Assembly (NCBI RefSeq): GCF_020745735.1
Contig: NC_083409.1
Coordinates: forward strand, 10,219,534-10,283,533
Source: Hemiscyllium ocellatum
Lineage: Eukaryota
DNA: 64,000 bases
Direction of reading: 5' to 3'
Shown piece by piece: positions 39,304 to 51,307 of this stretch (position 1 is its first letter; every line of letters begins with the position of its first letter). Below the pieces are notes generated by a model. That model saw only the letters and a program-made list of their open reading frames with translations, made no database searches and was not told the origin of the DNA. Both the position numbers and the translations under genes were made by a program.

Positions 39304-39352
39304 ATGATTTCACACATCCAGCTGATCTGGCCCCTGGCATTCTGTGTCGCAG
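39304..39352 (+). CDS. Ig kappa-type light chain leader exon (MISHIQLIWPLAFCVA-G)
   Basis: accATG start, 16 hydrophobic codons plus a phase-1 G|GTACAA donor. Intron 39353-39536 ends in a pyrimidine tract and CAG. Confidence 0.93.
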
Positions 39353-39536
39353 GTACAAATCTCTCCTTCCACCTTGAATCTTTAGCTGCTCTCCATTTCA
39401 CTCCAATTCCACTGACTTGTGATTGAAGGGAAAATGCTGAAACCAGAGGAATGCTCAGTGTCTCCAACAATCTCTCATTTGACTGGCTCTTTCTGTGACA
39501 GTTCTGACTTCACTGTGTTTCTCTCTGACCCCTCAG

Positions 39537-39838
39537 GTATCAGTGGGGACATCATCATGACTCAGTCTCCCCCGGTGCTGTCAGTGGAACTGGGCCAGAC
39601 CGCAACCATCACCTGTAAATCCAGTCAGAGTGCCAGTGGTGATGTTGAATGGTTCCAGCAGCGGGAAGGACAGAAACCCTCTCTCCTGATCTACAATGCT
39701 GCATCACTATTCACAGGAGTCTCAAACAGATTCACCGGGACAGAAGTGTCCAGCACACATTTCACCCTGACAATCAGCAACGTTCAGAATGAGGATGTCG
39801 CTGATTATTACTGTCAGCAAAGTGAGAGCTTCCCTTGG
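39537..39838 (+). CDS. IGKV: Ig kappa-type (NS4-like) light chain V exon, germline and open
   Basis: Reads (G)[100 protein letters not shown]. Conserved Cys, Trp and DYYC are present, there are no stops, and it ends directly at an RSS. Confidence 0.97.
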
Positions 39839-39866
39839 CACAGTGATACAGAGCCGTACAAAAACC
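39839..39866 (+). other. V recombination signal sequence, 12-bp spacer
   Basis: CACAGTG (39839-45) + ATACAGAGCCGT (12 nt) + ACAAAAACC (39858-66): perfect consensus. V-12/J-23 is the kappa-type configuration. Confidence 0.98.
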
Positions 39867-40357
39867 TCGATACACATAGTCCCACCTCCTCTACTGACAC
39901 ATCCCACAATTATATATATTTAATATATAATAGAGAACATACACATGCACCTCCTGTATTGACAAATCCACAGTTAAAGATAAATGAAACTGAACAAATT
40001 ACCCCATGCAGGGATTGTCACTGTCCACGACACACTCCAGTCCCTGTAGTGTCCACCGCTCACTGAAGGCCTCAAGTTTCCCTCTTACACTCCATGGCCA
40101 CATGTGAAGAGCAGCTGCAAGATTTAACATCAAAATATAAAGTTCACAAACCTCCTGAACCCAGCTGGACTCAACCCAGAGAGAGAGAGAGAGAGAGTGA
40201 GAGAGAGAGAGGGAGAAAGAGAGAGAGAACGAAACAGAATGAGAAAAAAACAGAAAAACATGAATGACAAAGAGAAGGTGAGAGTAAGTGAGAGACAGAG
40301 AGAGACAGAGAGAGACAGAGAGAGGTTGACAGTGATAAGAGAGAAGCAGAGAGCTGA

Positions 40358-40396
40358 TGTTTTTGTACAGCCTCTGTACTGGGAGCTCTCACTGTG
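40358..40396 (-). other. J recombination signal sequence, 23-bp spacer
   Basis: TGTTTTTGT (40358-66, one mismatch to GGTTTTTGT) + 23 nt + CACTGTG (40390-96), facing the V RSS, so joining would be deletional. Confidence 0.96.
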
Positions 40397-40431
40397 GCTT
40401 ACGTTCGGTAAAGGAACCAAACTCCGACTGA
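40397..40431 (+). CDS. IGKJ: Ig light chain J segment (LTFGKGTKLRL-S)
   Basis: FGxG motif, phase-1 donor A|GTAAGT at 40432, 558 bp downstream of the V end. Confidence 0.97.
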
Positions 40432-41399
40432 GTAAGTCAACCCTTTCAATATCAAACTTGCTAAAACACAAATGCTGAATTGTTGAAGGTGTTAGTGGGG
40501 AGCTGCAGTGAATGAAATGGTTGATTGAGGAGCACTGTGTTTAACAGGGTGTCCAGCTGTATTTCTTTAGTTCCATTGCCCCCTTTAAGCAAGACAGAAG
40601 TCAGGAAGTTTACTCACCGTGTGGAGGAGCTCTGTCCATTTGCAGCCTGTGGTCCCATTCCTGCAGCATGGAGTGAAATCAGTGAGTAGCCTCCTGCCAG
40701 TCTCAGTGTGACGGACACGGGGCAGAGTTTGATGTGAGCTCTGGCTCCCTGTCCCAGTCTCTGATCTCACTGACCTCAGCAGCAGCAGCAGCAGCAGCAG
40801 CACAGTGAGACACCGAGCTCCCACCTCCACCAGCTTTAACTCTACTCAATCACACAATCACAAAACTGTTACAGTGCAAAAGGAGACCATTCTGCCCATC
40901 CCATCTGTACTGGCTCTCTGAATGAGCAATTGACTAAGTGTCATTCTCCTGCCTTCTCCCTGTCACCCTGCACATTGTTCCTTTTCAAATAACAGTCTCA
41001 TTCCCTTCAGAATGTTTCAATTGAAGCTGCCTCCACCACACTCTCAGGCAGTGCATTCCACACCTTAACCACTTGCTTCATGAAAATGTTTTTCCTTGTC
41101 TCACTTCTGCTTCTTCTACCAATTACTTTCAATCTGTGGCTCTCGCTCTCAATCCTTTAATGAGAGGGAACATTTTCTCCCTGTTTACTCTGTCCAGACC
41201 CCTCCTGATGTTGAATTCCTCAAACAAATCTCCTCTCAGCCTTCTCTTCTCCAAGGAAGACAGTCTGAACTTCTCCAATATATTTTCATAACTGACGTTC
41301 CTCATCCCTGAGCCTTCCATGGGAATTTTCTGTCATGCCATCTGCAAAATATTCATATCCTTTGTGAAATATATACCTTTTCTATTCCCCATAGTCCCA

Positions 41400-44300
41400 T
41401 TTGCCTGCATTTGGCTCATTTCCTATCCCTTTTCTCTTCCAATGTACCTGTTCAAATGTTTTTAAAATGTTTTAATCATACTCGCCTCTCCGACTTTCTC
41501 TGGCAGTTCATTCAATATCACTTTCTGCCAGAAAGAGGGATACCTCAGGTCCCTTTTGAATCTTTCCTCTTTCACTTTAAACCGCTGCCCGCTAGGTTTG
41601 CACTAACCTACCGTGAGGAAAAGACCTTAGCTAGTCACCTTATCTATGCCCATTATGATTTTATAAATCTCTAAAATGTCACCCTGAAGCTTCTGAGCTT
41701 CCAAAGAAAGTAGCCCTGCCTAACCAGTCTCTCCTTATAACTCAAACCCTCCAGTCTCGGTGACATCCTTGTCATCCTTTTTACACTCTTTCCAGTTGAA
41801 TGCTATCCTTCCAATAGCAGGTGGATTGGAAACGTGGCCGGACCAACATCTTGGGAAGCTGTAATGTCCCAACTCCCATACCCGATGAAGGCAAGTGTAC
41901 CAAATGCTTTCTTCACCACCCTGTCTACACGTGACACCAGTTTCAATCCTCTATGTGCGTCCACCCCTTGGTCTCCCTGTTTGACAACACTCCCCATGGC
42001 CCCACAATTAACTGTGTTAGCCCTGGCCTGTACCAAAATGCAACAGCTTGCTATTATCTCAATGCATAATGTAAATGTACTCTCAAATAGCCTTCTTCAC
42101 TGACCATGAAACCGCCAATTTTGGTGTCATCTTCAAACTCACAAACTATACTTCCTATATTCTCATTCAATTTGTTTCTATAAATGACGAACAATGATGA
42201 ACCCGGAAGCAATCCTTTCGCTTGTCACAGGCTTCCAGTCTGAACAGCAACCCTCTACCACCACACTCTGTCTCCAACCATCAAGCCAATTTTGTATTAA
42301 TTAACTTGCTCTTCCTGGATCACATTTGATCTAACCTTACTAACCAGATGTCCATGCAGGAAATTATCAAAGGCCTTGCTAAAGTCCATGTAGACAATGT
42401 CTACCACTCTGCCCTCAGCTATCTTATTGGTCATGTCCTCAAAAAAATTTGTAAGACACATTTTCCCACTGACAAAGCCATGTGGACTATCCCTAATCAA
42501 TCCTTGTCTTTCCAAATGCATATAGATCCTGTCTATCAAATTCCCCTCCAACAATTTACCACGATCAGACTCACTGGTCTATAATTCCCTGTGTATTCCT
42601 TGCAGATCTCATTAAATAACAGCTCAACATTAGACACACCCCCGTCTTCCAGCACATCACCCGTGGCTGTTGATGATACAAACATCTCCACAAGGGGCAT
42701 CACTGTCTCTTCCCAAGCTTCCCACAAAGTATTGGGATGGAGCTGATCAGGTCCTGGGAATTTATCTATCTTTATGAGTTTAAAGAGCAGATTACCGCAC
42801 GTCTTCTTCTGTAATATGGGCTCTTCTCAAGACATCAACATTTATTTCCCAAATTTCCTTCACTTCCATGTCCTTCTCAACTGTAAATACTGAAGCAAAA
42901 TATTATATTTGTAACTCATTCATACTCTGTTTTAAAATAAAATGTGAAAAATTCTAAGAGTGAAACATTGGAGGTGATCCATGGGATACGATCCATGATC
43001 ATGACTTTATGCTGGATTGTCCGTTGTCCTTTTCCATTGTTCCCCTAAACTTTATGATACAATGATCACTCTTCCCTAAATGTCCTCTCACTGACACTTG
43101 ATCTACTTGGATTTCCTCATTCCCAAGATCTAGTTGCTGTCTCAGTTGATATTCTGACAATTAAAATCCTGTAATGTTTGCACCTCTCTGTAAATTCCTT
43201 GCAGGTTTGCTCCCCTACATCCTTCCCACTAGTCAGTGACCTACAGACTGCACTGAACAACCTGATTGCAACTTTTTGTTCCTTATCTTGAACCAAATCG
43301 ATTCTGTCCTTGACCCCTTTGAGACACCTTCTTTCTCCAGCTCTGCACCGATCTCCTTAATCAATCCCACACCTCTCACCCTTTCCCCCCTTTCCTATCT
43401 TTCCTGAACACTTTGTATCCAGGAATATTTAACACCCAGTCCTGTCTTCATTTGAACCTCATCTGTTAGAGCAACAACATCAGATTTCCACTTGGTAATC
43501 TGTGTCTGTAACTCCCCAGTCTTATTCCCCACACTCTGTGCAGTCCCATACATGCACAGCCAGCCAGATTTAGAATTTATTGCTGGCTCTCTCTCACTCT
43601 GACCCTGCCTAGGAAGTTACTACTCCTTACTCTGATGCGAACAATTTTTTCCAGAGTTCTGTGTTCCTTGGTGTTCCTTCCTGATATTACCCTCCTGGTT
43701 CCCACGGCCCTTCAATATTAATTTAAACCCTCTCCAACAGCACCAGCAAATCACCCCACGAGGAGCTCAATTCCTGCTATGTTCAGGAGCAACCCATCCA
43801 GTCTATAGAGGTTGCATCTCCCACCAGGTCATTCCCAAAGACCCAAGAATCTAAAGCCCTCCCTCCTGGACCACATTTCCAGCCCACATCCACCTGTCTT
43901 ATCTTCCTGTTCCTATCCTCACTTGCATTGGTCATGGGAGTAATCCAAAGATTCCTATTTTTGAGTTCCTGTTGCGAATTGCCTCCCAAGCTCCCTAAAT
44001 TCTGACTGCAGGAGCACATCCTTTTTCTCCCTCTGTCACTGGGACCGATGTGGACCATGACTGCTGCCTGTTCCCCCTCTCCCCTCAGGGTGCTCTGCAG
44101 CCACTCAGTGACATCCTTGACCCTGGCACCAGGGAGACAACACACCATCCTGGATTCCCATCTGCAGCTGCAGAAAATCTTATCGATTGCCCTCACTCTC
44201 GAATCTCCTCTCACTATCGCTCTTCCAGTTCCTTGTGCCCCCCTGTACAGCTTCCCCCCATCTTGGTGCATTGGCTGCATTCCCCAGATGAACCATCATT

Positions 44301-44580
44301 CTCATCGGGATTCTGAACTGAATTTTTGTTGGAGAGCGGGATGCACTCAGGGTATTCCTGTACTAGCTGCCTGGTCCTTTTGGACTGTCTGCTGCTTCCC
44401 CATTCCCTCTCTCCCTGCGTACTCTGAAGCTGCAGAGTGACCACATCTAGAAACGTGCTCTCCACGGAGCTCTCAGCCTCACGGACGCTCCACACTGACA
44501 CCAGCTGCTGCTCAAGCTCCGAAGCCCAGAGCTCCAACTGCTGTCACTGACCACACTTCCTGCTCACATTGTATTCCAGG
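41400..44580 (-). mobile_element. Decayed CR1 including ORF1 (esterase and coiled-coil) and ORF2 pieces, in the J-C intron
   Basis: RAIVRGDS...VCCLPGARVKDV...VMVHIG (43783-44280), ELEQQL..V...REAE (44214-44537), YMDFSKAFD (42297-42554). Confidence 0.85.
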
Positions 44581-44719
44581 AGCAGCTCGGAAGCATTCTG
44601 AAGTTCCCACAAGGAACAAGATGCATACTGTCTCCACTCTTTGGTTATCTCTTGGCAAAGTTCTAATGACAAACAGCTCCAGCAGGGCTCACAATCCAGA
44701 GCTTTCAGTTTTCTGGGGT

Positions 44720-47700
44720 TTTGCAGAGTCTCTTCAAAAGATATCAGAATTAGGCCATTCGCCCCATCAAGTCTGCTGTGCTGTTTGGTCATGTGTTTCT
44801 CAAGACTATTCTCCTGCCTTCTTCCCATTATGCTTGTTCGCCTTTCCAATCAGGAATCTATCAATGTCTGTCCTAAATACACTCAATGACTTCATCTCCA
44901 CTGCAATGAGTTCCACAGATTAACCACCCTCTGGCAGAAGAAATTCCTTCGCATCTCAGTCCTAATGAGTTATCCCTAAATTCTGTGGCTGTACCCTCTG
45001 GTCCTTGTTTCACTTACTGGTGGAAACATCTTCTCCACGTCCCTATCCAGGCCTCTCAGTGTTGTGTAAGTGTATATGTGATCCTCCCATGTCCTTCTGA
45101 ACTCCATCAAGTACACATCCAGAGTTCTCAACCGCTCCTCATCAGACCAGGCTGTCACCCCCAGGGTCATTCTTATAAACCTCCTCTGGATCTCCTCTAA
45201 TACAAGCACATCCCTCCTTAGATATGGGTCCCAAAACTGTTCACAATAATCCAAATGCAGCCTGGCCAGAGTCTCATACAGCCTCAGCAGGACACACCTG
45301 CTCTTGTATTCTAACTCAGTTGAAATGAATGCTAACATTGCATTTGTCTTCCTAATTGCCAACTGAACCTACATATTAACCTTAAGAGAAACCTGAAAGA
45401 GGCCTCCTGAGCCACTTTGCGTTTCAGGATTCCAAATTTCCCCATTTAGGAAACAGTTTGAGCCTCTATTCTTCCAACCAAGCTGCATAACCTCACACAT
45501 TCCCATTTTCTATTCCATCTACCACTCCTTTGCCCACTCTCTGAGCCTTTCCAAGTCCTTCTGCAGCCTCCCTACTCCTCAACGCTCCCTGTCCCTCACT
45601 TCATCTTTGTGTTATCAGCAAATTTAAGAACAATGCCCTCAGTTCCTTTTCCCTGATCGTTAATATATAATTAATTGTTACATGAATAGCTGAGGTCCCA
45701 ACACTGCCCCCTGCTGAACTGCAGGAGGCACCAGCTGCCATCCTGCAAAAGATCCATTTATTCTCACTCTCTACCCATGTCAGTAGAGGACCCCAAACCC
45801 CATGGGCTCTTATGTTATTTAGCAGCCTCCTGTGTGGCAACTTGTCAAAGGCCTTCTGGAAATCCAAATAGATCATGTCCATTGGCTCTCCTTTGTCTAA
45901 CTTGCTCATTAACTCCTCTTATTACATAGTATTCCAGCTTCTCCCTCTCAAACTGCAGGGTGAATTCTATCATATCATTGTCACTACCCCCTCAGGGTTC
46001 ACTCACCTTCAGCTCCCCAATCAGAGCTACCTCATTACACATTAACAAATCCAGAATTACCTGTTTCCTTGTGGCTCTACCATAAACTGCTCCAAAAAAA
46101 GCCTCTCGCAGACATTCTATGAATTCCTTTCCTTGAGATCCATTCCCAACCTGACTTTCCCAGTCCACCTGCATATTGCAGTCCCCATGACTATGTAATA
46201 ATCCCTTTCTTACATGCCTTTTCTATCTCCTGATTTATTTTCTGACCCACATCCTGACGACTGCGCGGAGTCTGGTACATAACTCCCATCAGGGGCTTTG
46301 TTCCTTTGTGGTTTCTTAAGTTGACTCACACAGATTCTATGCATTCCCACTCAATATTTCCTCTTGCTATCGATAAATTTCAGTTCTTCCTGACAGGATA
46401 AACTTTCTCCTCCCACACCCCACCTCCACACCCCTCACACATCTACCTATCATTAGAAACATAGAAATATAGAAAATAGCTGCAGGAACAGGCTATTCAG
46501 CCCTTCGAGCCTGCACCACCGTTCAATATGATCATGGCTGATTATGTAATCTCAGTTTCCCATTCCCACCTTCCCCCTATACCCATAAATCCCTTCATCC
46601 TCAAGGACCACGTCCCTCTTGATATATATCTAACAAACTGGCCCCACCAGCTTTCTGTGGTAGAGAATTCCACAGGTTCACATCATCTGAATAACTTAAC
46701 CCTTAATCGTAGACAGTGACCCCTGGTTCTGAACTTTCCTAATGTTGGGAACATTCTTCCAGCATCGACCCTGTCAAATCTCATCAGGATTTTATATGTT
46801 TCCGTGAGATTCCTCTCAGTCTTCTAAATCCCAGTGAGTACAAGCCCAGTCGATCCAGTCTTTCCTCATATGTCAGTCCTGCCATCCCGGGAATCAGTCT
46901 GGTGAACCTTCGCTGGATTCCCTCAATAGCAAGAATGTCCTTCCTCAGACTAGGAGACCAAAACTGCACACAATACTCAAGGTGAGGCCTCACCAAGGCC
47001 TTGTTTAATTCTACAAGACATCCTTACTCCAATACACTGTGAAGGCCAACATGCCATTAGCTTTCCTCACTGCCTGCTGCACCTGCATGCCCCCTTTCAA
47101 TGACACCCAGCTCTCACTGCACCTCACCTTTTCCTAAACGTCCACCATTCATTCATAATCTGTTTACCACAAAAGTGGATCATCCCACATTTACCCACAT
47201 TATGTTGCACTTGCCAAGTATATGTCCACTCAGCCAGCCTGTCCAAGTCACCCTGCAGCCTCTTAGCATCCTCCTCACAACATACATTGCCACCCAGCTT
47301 CATGTCATCTGCAAGTTTGTAGGGATTGCATTCAATTCCTTTGTCCATATCATTTATGTGTATTGTGAACAGCTGGGGTCCCAGCACTGAACCCTGTGGT
47401 ACCCCACTCATCACTGCCTGCCACTCTGAAAAGGACTCATTTATTCCAACTCTCTGCTTTCTATCTGGCAATGAGTTCTCTCTCCATGATAATACATTAC
47501 ATCCAATACCATGGGGCTTAATGTAACTCACTAATCTCTTGTATGGGACCTTGTCAAAAGCCTTTTGAAAGCCCAGATACTCACTGTCCACTGAGTTCTG
47601 AAGTAGGGTCACTCAATTCGAAACACTAACTTCGATTGCTCTCCACAGATGCTGCCAGACCTGCTGAACTTTTTCATCATTTTTGTTGTTATCCACTGAT

Positions 47701-48300
47701 TCAGCCTTGTCTACTCTCTACTGATCACATCCTCAAAAACTTCCAGGAGATGTGTCAGCCCTAATTTCCCTTTTGTAAATCCATGCTTATTTGGACCGAT
47801 CCTGTCATTGCTTTCCAAATGCTCGGTTATTGTATCTTTAATAACTGACTCCAGCGTTTTCCTCATGTGTAATTCCTCATTTTCACTCTCGTTCCTTTTA
47901 TTAAAAAGTGGGGTTATATTGGATACTGTCTAGTCCATTGGAACTCTGTCAGTGTCGACAGAATGCTGGAAAATGATCACCAATGTGTCCACTATTTCTA
48001 GACCCACTTTCTTAAGGACTCTGGGATGCAGAACATCAGGCCCTAGCATCAGCTTCTCCAAGACCATTTCCTGACTAACAAGGATTACCTTCAGTTCCTC
48101 CTTCACACTTGACCCTCTATCCCCTTGCATTTCCTTTCAATAGGATGTGTATCCTTGGATATTTAGTTCCCAGCCCTGATCTCCTTGCAGCCACATCCCT
48201 GCGCTACAGGCTCATTTACCTTGTTTCATATACTCGATGCATCGAAGTACAACACCTGCAGTGGTGCATTGACTGTCTCCTTCTCATAGTTATCTCCTTT
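44720..48300 (-). mobile_element. Stacked CR1 fragments in the J-C intron
   Basis: YLDFQKAFDKLPH, GVPQGSVLGPQLFTIHINDMD...ADDMK, RPHLEYCVQFWSP. Confidence 0.85.
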
Positions 48301-49889
48301 AGAATTCATAGAATCCCTACATTGTGGAGGCAGGCCATTCAGCCCAGACTGACCCTCCTAAAAGCATCCCACCCACCCTATAATTCCCATGGATAATCCT
48401 CCTAACCTACACATCTTTGTGACAATGGGAGGAAACCCACATAGACACAGGGAGAATGTGTAAACCCCACACAGACAGTCAGTTGGAATTGAGTCTGTGT
48501 CTCCGGAGCTGTGAGACAGCAGTGCTAACCACTGATCCACCATTCCACCCTGCGGGGCCTCAAGTTCAATTCCTCATCCTTTCTATACTCTCTATCCTAG
48601 TACTTGATCCGAATGATTTAATAAAGTGTCCTGAGGCCCTACCTTCTTGAATTAGTTTAAATTCCTTGAAGCTTGATTTACCTTGGTTTGTGTGGTACCA
48701 CTTTGTCGACCATATTCCGAATGGGTCATGCATTAAGAGACAAAGCCTTTAAGCTTGTTCTATAGTGACCTTCCCTGCACTTTTAAGTTTCCTCAGTACA
48801 ATATGACATTCACAACGCTCTGTCCCTTTCCTTTTATTTCCTGGTAACAATGAATCCCATCACTAACCAACAATTCTCCCTTCTCCTTTAACTTTCATTT
48901 TTCTCATTTTCCATCCAACTGTTCCAGTTACTTTCTCTTTGAATTGTATTCAGGCTGATATTTATTCCTGAACAAACGTCACTCAAAATGTTCCTTGGTT
49001 CATTGTTGCTTGTGGGATCTTGCTGTGTACAATCTGGCTTGCACATTTCCTATATTACAACAGTGACCACATTTCAAACAAGTCCCACACTGTCTGCAAA
49101 TGTCTTGGGGACAGCATGGATCTTTCTTTTCTTTGGATGAACTGGGAGTCTTTCAGATGTGAAAGATGCCATTCCAATGTTGCACAGTCCTCCTCCTGAA
49201 CTACAGTTCCTGCTTTGTCCCTCTCTTTTGTGAAAACAGACCGAATGTTTTCATGAGGAACCATTGCTCCATCTCCCACCCCCGCACACAAGTTCCTTTC
49301 CTGCTCTCGAATGGGCCTCACATTCCTTCATTCTCTTGTTCTTTCTGTGATTATAAAACATCACTGGGATTTCACTGACTTCATCTGGACACAATTCATC
49401 CTGTCAGCTCTTTGCTTTCCTCAGGTCCTAGTAAATTTCATCCCTGCATTTTGTCTTTCAGCTTACTTTTACCCAATCCCTGACCTGTTTAGTAAAATGG
49501 TTTGTTCCCAAATAAAAACTTTTACACTTGTTCCGTGGTTCTCCATTTCCATCCCTACTCTCAATCTCACTGAGTTCTGATCACTGTCACTGAAATGCTC
49601 CCCCATTGATAGCCCTTTCAGCTGCTCACATACATTCCAAAAATGATGGTCCAAAACTGTCCCTTCTCTTTCACTATCACTTTCTCAGCGGCGATTAGGG
49701 ATGGATAATAAATGCTGGCCCTTCCAGTGACACTCACATAACAAGAAGCAATTTTAAAAGTCCCTGTCCTTTTATGGGGCTTGTTAGGTATTGGATACAA
49801 ATGTTCAAATGGATTGTTTTGCCAGTGAACCTACAGAGTTGAAATCCCTTTGAATTACAGGGATTAAAATAGTTTCTCTTGTCTTTCAG

Positions 49890-50218
49890 GCCGTGACAAC
49901 TCTCAGCCCAAGCTGACCCTGCTACCTCCCTCCCCGGAGCAGGTCAATGCCAAGGGCACTGCCACCCTGGTGTGCCTTGCCAATCACTTCTATCCCGATG
50001 AGCTGGAGGTGCAGTGGAAGAAGGACGGTGCAATCATTTCGGATGGGGTTCAGACCAGCAACTACCTGCGAGCTTCGGACAGCACCTACAGTGTCAGCAG
50101 CCTGCTGACCCTCTCTGGGTCTGACTGGGAGTCTGACGCTCGCTTCTCCTGTGCCCTCACCCACGTGACCCTCCCCTCTCCCCTCAGCAAGAGCATCAAG
50201 AGATCAGAATGTGTGTAG
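49890..50218 (+). CDS. IGKC: Ig kappa-type (NS4-like) light chain constant exon
   Basis: Acceptor tttctcttgtctttcag|GC CGT GAC, in phase with J. Reads (S)RDNSQPKLTLLPPSPEQVNAKGTATLVCLANHFYPDELEVQWKKDGAIISDGVQTSNYLRASDSTYSVSSLLTLSGSDWESDARFSCALTHVTLPSPLSKSIKRSECV*. C1-set Cys/Trp/Cys plus the penultimate interchain Cys. Confidence 0.97.
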
Positions 50219-50743
50219 AGTGTTTGAGACAGTCCACAGAGGAGATACAACTTTAAACAGAACAGGGCTGAGCTGGCAGGACAAAGGTCATTGTCAGCAC
50301 TGAATTTCAATTCTCTTCCTTCTCAGGACTGGCTCAGAGACACGTCTGACGTTCACGAGTTAAGGCACGTCTTTGGAATTATCAAAAACAAGCTTTACTC
50401 TGTATCAAACCCCATGCTGACCCTGTTCTAGGAGTGTTTGATTGGACAGTGAAGACTAGTGATGCCAAGTAAAACCTCTCAAAGATGCTGAAAACTGTCA
50501 GCTGTACAAAATAATGTGAACCTCAGAAGTCTCTGCTTCAGTAAACCAGATCTCCTTCCTGCTCAGTCGCTAGTTCCAATTTAATGTTTTGTCACTGTTT
50601 AAAGGGACAGGATTCTTATGTTATTGAGAAAAATTCCACAAGTGTTTTCCTCAAGCTCCATTGTGGCTGTGAATTTGAGCAGCTTCCTCTGTCTGGGCTG
50701 TTAATTGCTGACTGTTTTCTGTCAATGTCAATCTGGAAAAGGG

Positions 50744-50749
50744 AATAAA
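50744..50749 (+). terminator. Candidate polyadenylation signal of the light-chain transcript
   Basis: First AATAAA I found downstream of the C stop (about 525 nt). Usage not demonstrated. Confidence 0.4.
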
Positions 50750-50977
50750 GATGAAGAAGATTCAGTCTCTGTCTCTGTGTGTGCTTTGGAAATGGCCAGA
50801 GCTGAAACCTCAGGGAAAGGTGTGTGAAGTGTTAACCTCCAACTTCAAGGCCTGGAACAAGAGGGGGAGAATCGAGGGAGTAATGGGGTCCCTGGAGCAG
50901 GAGGGCAATTCTACAACTGTGTCCAGAAGGGGTTCTTTCAGAAGGAATGCAGGGCCCCAAGGAATTTTTAGATTTTT

Positions 50978-51307
50978 TTTTAGATTAGATTACTTACAGT
51001 GTGGAAACAGGCCCTTCGGCCCAACAAGTCCACACCGACCCGCCGAAGCGCAACCCACCCATACCCCTACATTTACCCTTAACTAACACTACGGGCAACT
51101 TAGCATGGCCAATTCACCTGACCTGCACATCTTTGGACTGTGGGAGGAAACCGGAGCACCCGGAGGAAACCCACGCAGACACAAGGAGAACGTGCAAACT
51201 CCACACAGTCAGTCGCCTGAGTCGGGAACTGAACCCGGGTCTCAGGCGCTGTGAGGCAGCAGTGCTAACCACTGTGCCACCGTGCCACCCACTGCCACCG
51301 TGCCACC
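50978..51307 (-). mobile_element. Young HE1-like SINE downstream of C
   Basis: Near-identical to the 18029 and 22035 copies. Short tandem repeat of the head (actgccaccgtgccaccc). Confidence 0.92.

Noticed and set aside
39511-39517. CACTGTG heptamer in the leader intron
   Set aside because: No nonamer at 12- or 23-bp spacing, and it lies within the acceptor pyrimidine region.
39419-40066. 215-aa ORF as a single-exon gene
   Set aside because: It is read-through of intron, V exon, RSS and V-J spacer. The real structure is leader + V + RSS.
40585-40830. ORF with a signal-peptide-like poly-Leu (MEVGARCLTVLLLLLLLL)
   Set aside because: It starts at GTG with an in-frame stop just upstream, and the Leu run is simply the (CTG)n microsatellite.
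41321-41330. NF-kB-like GGGAATTTTC in the J-C intron
   Set aside because: Imperfect match at the edge of decayed LINE sequence with no supporting motif cluster.
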